From: a virus
Lineage: Duplodnaviria; Heunggongvirae; Uroviricota; Caudoviricetes
Virus record (IMG/VR): IMGVR_UViG_3300031555_002573
Location: 1 to 44,571 of that record
Strand: one strand, 5' to 3'
DNA: 44,571 nucleotides
The notes beneath the pieces are model-generated. The model searched no databases and had not been told where the DNA came from. It saw nothing but the letters and a program-made list of their open reading frames with translations. This document shows positions 25,197 to 35,500 of this stretch, piece after piece. Position numbers and translations under genes: made by a program. Each line of letters opens with the position of its first letter. The stretch's first letter is position 1.

Positions 25197-28043
25197 GTGG
25201 CAGGAGGACAAAAAGATAAAGAATCTGCAAATCTGAATAGAGATGCGGACATTGGTAGTTTGGATATATTTTCAGGCAAAGAAGAGGCAGACCTACAACT
25301 TCAATTGTTGATTAGAAATTTATCAGAGGGTGAAGCTGCTACAATGGCTTCTATGGAAAGGATAGCAGCTGTTCGTAGCAGTATTACAAATGAAGCTTTA
25401 CAAAATCAATTGTCAGCCATTGATTCCTCTGATAAGAAAGAGGAAGTAAAACTAAAGGAAAGAAAACAAGCCTATAGAAAATTTTATGCTGATACATTAG
25501 AAATAGCGCAGTCTATGGAGCAAAACTTGTTTAAGTTTTCCACTTCTCAAACCAAGGTACAAATGGCTGATGAAAAAGTACAGACTGCCAAACAAGGTAT
25601 AGAAAAAGCCAAGCAAGCAAAAGTTGAAGCCGCCTCAACGAAAATGAATGGAAATCATAGAAACAAACTATTACGAGAAGCGGCTAAATTGGAATATAAT
25701 TCTGGTCAAGCAGCTATTCAAGCAGAGAAAAGAAAAAGAGACCTTATAAAGGGCTCAGCTGTAGCAAATCGTAAGGCTTTTGATGAAAAGATGGATGCCA
25801 TAAATGAGTCATTTGAGGCAGAAAGACAACAACATAATGAAAATATAGAAAATCTGGATATTGAAATTGAAAGATTAAGACAAAAAGAAGAAGAAGCCAA
25901 ACAAAATGACCCAAATAACCCAGACGCCGGAAAGACATTTAGAGCAGAAAGAGAAGAATATGAAGCAAAAAGGGAGCAAGAAGTAGCAGCCAGAAAACAA
26001 AATACTAAGGACCAACTAAAAGAAGGCACAATGGCTAATGTGATGAAGGGTATGACACACGCCTTGAACGAAGGGTTGTCTGCCTTGGGAGATAAACTGG
26101 CAGGGGCTGTTGATGATGCTATCAATACAGTTGGTCAATATAGAAGTGGTATAGACGCCAGACTTCAAGGTATGTTAGAAGATAATGCTTCTGCATATGA
26201 TAAGGTAGCCGGAGTAATGAAGGACGCTTTGGCTGTTAGCCCCTTTGTTAAACAAACAGAATTGTTATCAAAATTGAATGATGCCGTAGATAAAGGTATC
26301 GCTTACAATGTTGAACAAAGAGCCTTTCTTGCTACAATTACTGATAAGATTGTTTCAACATTTGATGCTTTTGATTCCAATCTTATGAGATTGATTAGAC
26401 TACAACAAGCAGACACTACTCAAGCTCGTATGGGTATGGAGGCAAGACTACTTCAATTTTTTAATAGTACTTTTTCTGATAATACTTACCTAAAAGATTC
26501 TTATGACACTGTTTCCGGAGCAATCGTAGACGCCGGGGCACAAATGTCCAGAGAGATGGCAGTGTCCTTTGAGTTCAATGTTCAAAAGTGGTTGGGCTCC
26601 CTTTATTCATTGGGATTTGATTCTTCAACAATAGAAACAATAGCCACCGGCATAGGACATTTAGGAACAGGTAATGTTCAAGCATTAGCGGGTGATACAC
26701 AACTTCAATCCCTTTTGGCAATGGCTTCTAGCAGAGCAGGGTTGTCTTACTCTGAACTGTTGGTAAAAGGTATTGATGATAGTAGTGTAAACTTATTGTT
26801 GAAGAGCATTGTAGAATATTTAAGAGAGATTGCTACTGATAACAACGCAGTTGTTAAGGCTGCCTATGGAGATGTGTTTAAATTTACACAAGGTGACTTA
26901 AGAGCTGCCTCAAATTTACTTGATTCTGATATAACTAATATATTCAATCAATCTTTGGACTATAAAGAAGCGGTAGGAGAGTTGAATAATCAACTGGGCC
27001 AACTAAGTAAAAGACTTAGTACTTCTGAAATGATAGAGAATGTGTTTGATAACTTTCTATACACTGCTGGTGAATCTATCGCAAATAATACTGGCACAGC
27101 TATTACTTGGAAAGTGTTAAGTGCTATTGAGGGGGCCACTGGAGGAATTCACCTTCCTGCTATCTCTGTTTTTGGTAATATGTTAGACTTGTCAACATTT
27201 ACAATTGAGGGAATTATGAAGACTGGAATATTCGGATTAAGTGCCTTGGGAAATGTTGGTAAAATAGCATCCTCTATAGCAAGTGGTGGAGGATTAGACT
27301 TATCTATTTGGGACGCTACAGAATACACCAGAAGAGGTGGAGAATTCAATCCCACTGTCGGTGGTGTTCAATCCTCTGTATCAGGCTCTAAAAGTCGTAC
27401 TAGTGGAGCATCATCAGATACTAAGAAAGAAAGTTTGAACTCTACTAAAGAAGACCAAGAAATGGTAAAACAACAATCAGAAGACCTTAGTGAGGGAGCA
27501 AAGAATGTAGATGATTTGTACAAGGCTCTGTTTGAGGAACGAAAAGTACCCATATTGGTCCAAGACGCACTTTTATATAGTGTCTTAAAAAAAGATAAAG
27601 ACATAGGCACTGGGAATATTCCTATTTTAGAAGCACTTCCACTTGTCTCTGGAAATGGTTCTGATGCGGGATGGGTTATGGCCACCGCCGATGCCGGAGT
27701 TAGAAGAAGACTGGACGATATTTATACTGTATTGAGTAATTGGAAAACATCCCCATCTCAAGTAGGCTCTAACGGCTCCTCGAATACCACTGGAACACAA
27801 AAGGTAACCATTGTGAACGGAAGTGGAACTAATGGTGAAATAAATTGGGATAAGTTGTTGAAATCTTTAGGAAATAACACTGATTATCGTCCAATCGAGG
27901 GTGAACAAGAAGAACCACCAATTAATCAAATTTTAACGTTGTTACAAGGCGTGCGCACTCCTAGTGGTAATGCGATTAATGTGAATCAACCTAGCTACAT
28001 AACAAACTACTTGGACAAAATTGTGGATAATACACGACCTTAA
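25197..28043 (+). CDS. Tape measure protein (probable)
   Basis: Follows the chaperone pair; long Ala/Gln/Glu/Lys helical N-half and a Gly/Ala-rich hydrophobic segment. SD spacing (AAAGGAG 25181-25187) favours GTG 25197 over TTG 25188. Confidence 0.7.
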   Translation: MAGGQKDKESANLNRDADIGSLDIFSGKEEADLQLQLLIRNLSEGEAATMASMERIAAVRSSITNEALQNQLSAIDSSDKKEEVKLKERKQAYRKFYADTLEIAQSMEQNLFKFSTSQTKVQMADEKVQTAKQGIEKAKQAKVEAASTKMNGNHRNKLLREAAKLEYNSGQAAIQAEKRKRDLIKGSAVANRKAFDEKMDAINESFEAERQQHNENIENLDIEIERLRQKEEEAKQNDPNNPDAGKTFRAEREEYEAKREQEVAARKQNTKDQLKEGTMANVMKGMTHALNEGLSALGDKLAGAVDDAINTVGQYRSGIDARLQGMLEDNASAYDKVAGVMKDALAVSPFVKQTELLSKLNDAVDKGIAYNVEQRAFLATITDKIVSTFDAFDSNLMRLIRLQQADTTQARMGMEARLLQFFNSTFSDNTYLKDSYDTVSGAIVDAGAQMSREMAVSFEFNVQKWLGSLYSLGFDSSTIETIATGIGHLGTGNVQALAGDTQLQSLLAMASSRAGLSYSELLVKGIDDSSVNLLLKSIVEYLREIATDNNAVVKAAYGDVFKFTQGDLRAASNLLDSDITNIFNQSLDYKEAVGELNNQLGQLSKRLSTSEMIENVFDNFLYTAGESIANNTGTAITWKVLSAIEGATGGIHLPAISVFGNMLDLSTFTIEGIMKTGIFGLSALGNVGKIASSIASGGGLDLSIWDATEYTRRGGEFNPTVGGVQSSVSGSKSRTSGASSDTKKESLNSTKEDQEMVKQQSEDLSEGAKNVDDLYKALFEERKVPILVQDALLYSVLKKDKDIGTGNIPILEALPLVSGNGSDAGWVMATADAGVRRRLDDIYTVLSNWKTSPSQVGSNGSSNTTGTQKVTIVNGSGTNGEINWDKLLKSLGNNTDYRPIEGEQEEPPINQILTLLQGVRTPSGNAINVNQPSYITNYLDKIVDNTRP

Positions 28044-28058
28044 TATAAGGAGGTATAT

Positions 28059-29399
28059 ATGCAATATTTTAATTCTAATAATGTAGAATCTAGATTTATA
28101 AAAAGTATTTTAAAAAATGTATATCTCCCCATATTTCCTTCCGTCAATGACGGGGATTTGATTGTTTCCGGGGCTACATATTCTTATAGAAATAAAATTA
28201 TAAAATGTACTTTGACTGGTGTGTTGAATGGAATTAATACTAACAACGACCTATGTGGGTACACATCTATATGTAGTCCTGGTTTTATTTGTGGGATAGG
28301 AATAAGAGCAGCAAAATATACAGTGGTAAAAGAACTTATAGGTGGGGAATTTGAGGCTGGATATACTTCAAATTTTACATCGCACATAGACACCTATAGT
28401 TCCGCTGCTCATAGGCAACTTGGAAAATATTTGAGATGGTATCATAGTCTAAATGGAATAAATCTTATGCCATTTTACAATTGCTTTACTAATGAGTCTA
28501 CTGATTCAGTGTTTATTCAAGAAAATAGAATTATTGACGGAAGTAACTCAGGAAAGTATACTGTATGGACTGTACCTATTGAATTTAATAAATCCTATTC
28601 AATCTTTATAGATTCTATAGAGCCTGTGTATTTAAAAAGTTGCTTATTAAATTCTGTTGGAAGAGTTAGACATTTTGTAGACGGGGAAGAGTTACCATTA
28701 GATGAATTGATAAGCGAACAAGTTGAAGAATATCAATCCACTTCCTATGATTCCCCTGTAAAGTATGAAGTGACTACCACAAATCCTACACTCATAGGTA
28801 ATACAAATAACTTGTATCTTTTGATACAAGTTAATAGTCTACACAGTGGTCCGATAGTGGTGTTAGAGGGTACTGATATTTTAACGGCAGATAAAATAGT
28901 TACTAGTAGTGAGTATACTGAACAAAATGACAGTGAAGTAACCTCCACAGTTAAGCCTTTTGAGGCACCTATAAATCCGTCTATTATAGATAGAACCTTA
29001 CTTGAATCTCCTGCTTATACGGATAGGCTCACAGAGTTTCTGCTTCAAAATGTTATCTCTGGTGATGATGATATTAGAAATAATATAAAAAGAGTACAAC
29101 AAAAAATGGGGATAAACACTGTTTCTAATCCAGAGACAGATGTGTGGACGAATAGATTAAAATTCTTAATTTATAATAGATATTTTTCTTATACCAATCC
29201 ATTCTATAGTAATCAGAAGAATATTACTTCTGCTCCTATAGGATTGAAGGAAAAACATATTGTTAGAGATGAAAAAGGAAATATTGTGGCATTTAAAAAT
29301 CTTACCACATCTCTTTCTAATGGCAGAACTACTAAAGATATTTCTGGGTATGTAGATAAGGATGTGGAGAACTTTTTGTTTGGATATAGAGAGGTGTAA
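28059..29399 (+). CDS. Hypothetical tail/baseplate protein
   Basis: AAGGAGG SD; lies between the tape measure and baseplate genes; beta-rich. Confidence 0.55.
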   Translation: MQYFNSNNVESRFIKSILKNVYLPIFPSVNDGDLIVSGATYSYRNKIIKCTLTGVLNGINTNNDLCGYTSICSPGFICGIGIRAAKYTVVKELIGGEFEAGYTSNFTSHIDTYSSAAHRQLGKYLRWYHSLNGINLMPFYNCFTNESTDSVFIQENRIIDGSNSGKYTVWTVPIEFNKSYSIFIDSIEPVYLKSCLLNSVGRVRHFVDGEELPLDELISEQVEEYQSTSYDSPVKYEVTTTNPTLIGNTNNLYLLIQVNSLHSGPIVVLEGTDILTADKIVTSSEYTEQNDSEVTSTVKPFEAPINPSIIDRTLLESPAYTDRLTEFLLQNVISGDDDIRNNIKRVQQKMGINTVSNPETDVWTNRLKFLIYNRYFSYTNPFYSNQKNITSAPIGLKEKHIVRDEKGNIVAFKNLTTSLSNGRTTKDISGYVDKDVENFLFGYREV

Positions 29400-29402
29400 T
29401 AA

Positions 29403-29999
29403 ATGGTAAGTAAAATATTTAACATGTTAGATAACTACATATATTTATACCATACTGATACTTTTATAATAATTCCTGCCTATCCACAAAATTTTAGTGA
29501 TTCAATTGGGGCATCTTTTTCATCTGAGACCCCACTTATGCGCTCTGCCCCAATATTTTCGTACACTAATTCAGGTCCCAGACAGATAAGAGTAGAGATA
29601 CAATTACACAGAGAAATGATGCAACAAATAAATCACGGGGCGAGTAATGCAAAGGTCGATGTTAATGATGACTATGTTGACACTTTGATAAAACAAATAC
29701 AAGCTGTGGCTCTTCCAACCTACTCAGCATCAAACAAGATGGTAGACCCACCTCTTGTGGCAGTTAGATTTGGAAACGAAATCTTTTGTAAGGGAGTAAT
29801 TACAGGAGATGTGACTGTTACTTATGACTTGCCAATACTAAGAGGAGGAAAATATGCTCAAGTAGGTCTTGGGTTTACCTTATTTGAAGTTGAGCCATAC
29901 GATGCTATAACAGTATCACAAATGGGAAGTTTTAGAGGCTTGGATGAAACATTGGAGAGAAAGTTGTGGAAATTCTCTGGTGGACTCATTAATAAATAA
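29403..29999 (+). CDS. Baseplate tail-tube initiator-like protein
   Basis: RSAPIFSYTNSGPR, ALPTY, PPLVAVRFG...KGVI...VTY pattern of contractile-system tube-initiator proteins; precedes the LysM gene. Confidence 0.65.
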   Translation: MVSKIFNMLDNYIYLYHTDTFIIIPAYPQNFSDSIGASFSSETPLMRSAPIFSYTNSGPRQIRVEIQLHREMMQQINHGASNAKVDVNDDYVDTLIKQIQAVALPTYSASNKMVDPPLVAVRFGNEIFCKGVITGDVTVTYDLPILRGGKYAQVGLGFTLFEVEPYDAITVSQMGSFRGLDETLERKLWKFSGGLINK

Positions 30000-30018
30000 T
30001 ATCTTATGAGGTGTGCTT

Positions 30019-30339
30019 ATGCCAGATATTCTTGTGGAGAAAAATTATAAAGAATATAGTAGGGTTTCAAGATATTCTTCTGTTCCCTATTACTATAATA
30101 TAATAGACAGAAAGTATCAAACTGGTACTGTTTTTAATTTAAAAACGAGCACTGCTCATAGAATGCACAAGGTAGTTGAGGGTGATACTTTGGACTCTTT
30201 GTCTTTGTATTACTATAATAATCCTACTTACTTTTGGATTATAGCTGATTTCAACAAAATATCTGACCCATATATAAAATTAAAAGCAGGAACAATTTTG
30301 AAAATTCCTACATTTTCAACCATAGAATTTGAAGAATAG
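30019..30339 (+). CDS. LysM-domain baseplate protein (gp53/gpX-like)
   Basis: HKVVEGDTLDSLSLYYYNNPTYFWIIADFN...LKAGTILKIP; SD GAGGTG favours ATG 30019. Confidence 0.85.
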   Translation: MPDILVEKNYKEYSRVSRYSSVPYYYNIIDRKYQTGTVFNLKTSTAHRMHKVVEGDTLDSLSLYYYNNPTYFWIIADFNKISDPYIKLKAGTILKIPTFSTIEFEE

Positions 30340-30347
30340 GTGATTAG

Positions 30348-31586
30348 ATGGATTTAATAAGTACCGAAAACTTTGTTGAGAGCCCTTTTATAATAGTAAA
30401 AATGGGGGACTATACTTTTGGCTCATATACAGGCAAAAAAGAGAATAGAGTTTTGGGTTCCGCATTACGAGTCACTTATCCAAACTTTATGCAAAGTTTA
30501 AATGTAGTGAAAATAAATGGTCAAGTAAATACATATACATTAACTATGGTGTATGCTATCACAGAGAATGATGACCCAAATATGTTGGAAAAGGTTTTTT
30601 CCTCTATACATGATACTCGTGAGATGACTTTGACTTACGGAGACTGGAACAGTCCAGCAAATATATACAGAAAAGAAACGGCTCTAATTACTAGTATAAA
30701 AAGTAATGTTGCTTTTGATTCATCTAAAATTACTTATACCATAGAAGGAGTAAGTAACTCTAATATAGCTAATGCCGCTAGATACGATTTCCCTGCTAGG
30801 GAGGCAAAGCCAAGCGATGTCATTTTAGATATTTTATATTCCCAAAGTTACGGATTGCTCGATATATTTAAGGGAATGATGAATAAAGTCGAGGTCTTTA
30901 GAAACAATTTAATTGCTACAGACGATAAAAAAGTGAAGATAGATGCACGCTCTTCTATTAGTGCTGTTGACTATATAAACTATTTGGTTGGATGTATGAT
31001 TTCTAACACAAATACAATGATGGATGATACATTGAATTCAATTTATCAAATGTGCATAATGGATGATAGCACTAATAAATTTGGTGGGCCCTATTTTAAG
31101 ATAAAGAAAATTGGCGGAAACTTTAATTCCTCAATGGCAGAGTCCGCTTGGGGGATAGATGTTGGGTACCCAGGAAAAAACTTTGTTATGAACTTTAATA
31201 TAGATAATGATGAATCTTGGGCTTTGTTGTATGATTACAAGGACAAGATAGACCAATCTAGCTATGTTTATAGAATAGATAACAATGGAAATGTAGTTAC
31301 TGAGTACTCTCCTAGTATTGTTAGGTCGAGAAGAAAAAAGATTACCACTACCACAGATAAGACTTGGTGGACAAGAATGACACAATTCCCGATAACAGCT
31401 ACTTTGACTATAAAGGGATTAATTAGACCCACTATACTTATGGATTATGTTAAACTTAATGTATTATTTTATGGTAGAAAACATATATCTTCCGGAATTT
31501 ATGTTATAACTAAACAAGAGGACACGATAGACGGTAATGGATACAGAACAACTTTGAGTCTTCTTAGAGTGAAGGAGGATTCATAA
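30348..31586 (+). CDS. Baseplate hub protein (gp27/gpD-like)
   Basis: Position after LysM; C-terminal ATLTIKG...SGIYVITKQEDTIDGNGYRTTLSLLR is typical of hub proteins. Confidence 0.7.
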   Translation: MDLISTENFVESPFIIVKMGDYTFGSYTGKKENRVLGSALRVTYPNFMQSLNVVKINGQVNTYTLTMVYAITENDDPNMLEKVFSSIHDTREMTLTYGDWNSPANIYRKETALITSIKSNVAFDSSKITYTIEGVSNSNIANAARYDFPAREAKPSDVILDILYSQSYGLLDIFKGMMNKVEVFRNNLIATDDKKVKIDARSSISAVDYINYLVGCMISNTNTMMDDTLNSIYQMCIMDDSTNKFGGPYFKIKKIGGNFNSSMAESAWGIDVGYPGKNFVMNFNIDNDESWALLYDYKDKIDQSSYVYRIDNNGNVVTEYSPSIVRSRRKKITTTTDKTWWTRMTQFPITATLTIKGLIRPTILMDYVKLNVLFYGRKHISSGIYVITKQEDTIDGNGYRTTLSLLRVKEDS

Positions 31587-32075
31587 ATGCTGACAAAGGG
31601 TATTGTACAAGAAGTAATAAGTAAGGATGCCGTAAGAGTTAGGCTACCATTATATAATAAGATTGATGGTGTTAATGGGTCAACCCCTAATCGCGATTTG
31701 TATATTGCAACCTTAAGTGTTCAACCTCATGTCACACAATCCCCTAATGTTGGGGATATTGTATTTGTGTCTGATGAGGACAGTGATATGTCAAAGTTGG
31801 TTATATTGGGATATTTGTCAGCGACAGCTCACAAGTGTAATTTGCCTGATATGTGTTGTGATGATTTTTCCGCCAAGGGTGTAGTAAAGCTTAGTTCTAC
31901 TACCACTATTGGAGAAGTTACCCCAACTAATATAGAATGTTTGAGAAACTTATCTGTAAATTTGAATGATACGCTTGGTATAATATCAAACAAACTTTCA
32001 AAATTGACTGAGTTGGAAGAGAAGATAGCAAAACTGGAAAAAATTGTTTCTGACTTGACTAATGGCAGCGTGTAA
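31587..32075 (+). CDS. Baseplate spike protein (gpV/gp5 OB-fold-like)
   Basis: GIVQEV...VRVRLP...PNVGDIVFV...VILG OB-fold pattern; short C-terminal coiled coil. Confidence 0.65.
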   Translation: MLTKGIVQEVISKDAVRVRLPLYNKIDGVNGSTPNRDLYIATLSVQPHVTQSPNVGDIVFVSDEDSDMSKLVILGYLSATAHKCNLPDMCCDDFSAKGVVKLSSTTTIGEVTPTNIECLRNLSVNLNDTLGIISNKLSKLTELEEKIAKLEKIVSDLTNGSV

Positions 32076-32103
32076 TTTGTTATGTTGAGGTGTTAATTTA
32101 AAA

Positions 32104-32481
32104 ATGAATTCAATAGCCTTTCCGAATATGATTTCTAGTACCGGGGTAAAAACTAACCTATTCTATGACCATGAAGCTACTTATTCAAACTTAAGATTGG
32201 TTTTGTTATCAATGAAGGGAGAGTTGTTTGGTGACCCAGATTTTGGCTCAATGCTAAAATATAAATTATTTGAACAAGATTCTCCGATATTGAAAGATTT
32301 ATTAATTGATGACATATATGTAACTATATTAACATATATGCCTCAAATACTTATAAAAAGAGAAAATATAGTAGTGACTACTGATAATGTTGATGTTTTT
32401 GTCACTATAAAATGTAAAAATATAATAGATTATGAGTTAGACACCTTTACGATTAATCTAACCACTGAAGGAGCTGGCTAA
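32104..32481 (+). CDS. Baseplate wedge protein (T4 gp25-like)
   Basis: NLRLVLLSMKGELFGDPDFGSML...LFEQ...I..YMPQI motif. Confidence 0.85.
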   Translation: MNSIAFPNMISSTGVKTNLFYDHEATYSNLRLVLLSMKGELFGDPDFGSMLKYKLFEQDSPILKDLLIDDIYVTILTYMPQILIKRENIVVTTDNVDVFVTIKCKNIIDYELDTFTINLTTEGAG

Positions 32482-32495
32482 CTTTTTATATATTA

Positions 32496-32504
32496 TATTG
32501 TATA
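32496..32504 (+). promoter_or_regulatory. TATTGTATA motif (candidate phage-specific promoter)
   Basis: Exact motif about 42 nt before ATG 32546. Confidence 0.5.
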
Positions 32505-32545
32505 TAAAGTTAGACATATTTTGAAGATACAGAGGTATAATATAT

Positions 32546-35500
32546 ATGAGTAATACTAATCCATTAAGTAATCAAACTTATATAAATAAGGATTTTCAGG
32601 CAATATACCCAGAGTTATTAGGTCTGATAAAGAAATTAACATACAAATGGGACCCTACGATTTCTAATGAATCTGACCCAGGCGTTATTTTGGTTAAGTT
32701 AAATGCCATAATTGCAGATAAGAATAACTATAATATTGATAAAAATGTTCTTGAGTGTTTTCCAGACACTGTTTCTCAAGAATCAAACGCTAGAAAGTTA
32801 TTCTCACAACTAGGATATAATATGCATTGGTATAGAGCAGCTACCGGTGAAGCAACTTTCTCTTGGAAGGCAGAAAAGTTGCTTATTCAAGAGTTAGATG
32901 GAATATACGCAACTATCGATGTACCAATGTTTACAATGATTTGTGATGAGGATAAAAATATAGTTTATACAGTTTTGTCTGATGTGAGATTCAGTGCTGA
33001 TAATAAGAGTTCCTCTAAATCAAAGATAATACAAGGAGTTGTAAGAGACTACGAAGTAGCCTCTAGTAAATTGATTACAGGAACAAATCTGGACTCTAAG
33101 AATAGACTATATTTTCCTGTGTCTAATGTAGCAGAGAATGGTATTTTTATTAGTGATACTCAATTAAATACTTCTGAGGATGTCTTTAACTGGGTTGACC
33201 CTGAGTTAGACGCTTCTTCTACCGGTTCTTGGAAAAAGGTTGATAATTTGTACACAGAGCCTGTTGGTACAAAATGTTACTCTTTTGGTGTAGATGGTAC
33301 TACAAAGGCTTGTTATATAGAGTTCCCTTCTGATATAGCAAATCTTATCGGAAAGGGAATAAAGATAAAATATATTCAAACTCTCGGTGAGGATGGAAAC
33401 ATCGCTCAAGGAATTATAAATAAATTTTATACTGACTTGTCAATGAAATCAAATGATGGAGAAGTCAACATAGAGGTATCGTCAAACACAAGAGTAACCA
33501 ATGTTAGTGCTATATTGAATGGAAGAAACCCTGAAACTATTGATGATGCTTATATCGGATATAAGAAGACAGTGGGAACTTTTGATACTTTGGTAACTTT
33601 AAGAGACTACTTAAACTATATTGTCAATGAGGAGTTTGAGGTTGTTTCTAACGGACTTGTTTCTGATAGAACTAATGATATTCAATGCTCATATAAAATT
33701 GTAAATAGTTTTGCTGATAGTACTTCTTATAAGACAATTATAACTGGCAATGAAAATAACGAGCCAGACATGTTGGCATTTGATTTGAAGACTTATTTCT
33801 TATCTTATAGTCCTTGGCCCACTGCTTTAGCGCAAGACATAGATTCTCAAAAGAAGAGTTTTAAGACTGCTTACGATAAGTCTTTTGAGTTTGTACTAGG
33901 CGACAAGGATGATATTTTGAATACCCCATCAAAGATTGTGGGACTGTATTCAGACGCGAAATCTATTCAACATGATTTTATTGCAAAGTTGCCAAATAAA
34001 CCATTGTTCTTTAAAAACAAGTTTGATTTAAATTTAACAGTTATACCTACAACCACTGTTACTCAAATTCAAGCTTCTGAGATAGAGAGAAATGTGTATG
34101 AGGCGTTATATAATAGTTTAAGGTCTAACAAGATTTCTTTTGGTGATGAGATTCTTTATGAGACTGTTTATGATATTTGTAACAATGCAGATATCAGAAT
34201 AAAAGCGATAGCACTTGACAACATAGAATATAAAACCTTTGCCGTTATGTATGACTCTGATAAAGAGAAACTGGAAGAGATAGAGATACCAAAAGAAGTT
34301 CCTAAGAGTACAAATGGAAATTTTACAAAAAGTGAAACTATCGCACTGGACACCGTGTCTAAAAGTGTTCTTGCCGGTGTTACTCCTTTGTATAAAAAGG
34401 ATGATAGATTTAAGTTTTCCTATGGACAGGAAGACTTAAAATGTTATGATGTAAGTAATGTTTCTACCTTTACAGAGATAGAGTTTGATAATCTACAAGA
34501 AAATTATAACCTGGGTAAAACAAAAAAGGTTTTTGACAATGAATCTGTTGTGTTCTATGCCCCTAGTTTAACTGATAAGATTAAATATGAGGTAAGTTGT
34601 AAATACGCCTATTATACGACAGATGAATATTTAGGTAACTATGTAGAGTCAATGCCCGCTAATCAGAATATTATGCTAGAACAAGGACAATATTTGGTTC
34701 TTTTTTGGAAAGAAGAAATAACTGGAAATGAGAAAGATTCTCCATATTTGTATGCCAAGTATGGTCCAGGGGATATTGTTCACTCTACTACTCCTGTAAA
34801 GAAGTGTACAAGTGATGCTGTTATTAGAGGAGTAAGTATACTAGAGGGTGAAGGTCAAATTTTTGGTACCTTAAATGATTCTGTATATAGTGAATTAGAT
34901 GATTTTATATTAAGTACCACTAAAACTATCACCATAAAAGATGTAAATGTGGCAAGATTGAGTGACCCTGTTAATGATTGTTATTGGATTACAAATAGAG
35001 TGGACACTAATAATAACAAGTATGAACTGGCACTCTCTTGTGATGACAAGATTGATAAGCTACAACATTGCTATTTGACTTATGTCTCCAATGGCTCCAA
35101 CGACAACATTGTTGTTGATGTTGGAGAGGATGGTTTGGCTAGATTTGTAGTACCAGATGGGTGCACTTTGTACGCTTTTATTGAAGGAAGTAACTCATCA
35201 ACGGGACAATTTAATGGTTACTGTAGGGGTTCTTATGATTCAGGTAGTGTCGTTATTATTGATTTTGATAGTATCAAGGGGCCATCTAAATATCCAGATG
35301 ATAAAAAGAAAAATTTTCTCATAAATGGTACTCCATATTATAACGAAGGTATTGATAGATGGGTTTTACATGAAGAATTCACCATTACTAATCCGGATTT
35401 TATAGCAGCAATTGAAAATGTATCCAACACGGGTATGTATGGTATTTTAGAGTATGTGTTAACGCCTGTAGAAAACAATAAGATATCCTCATTTAGTTAT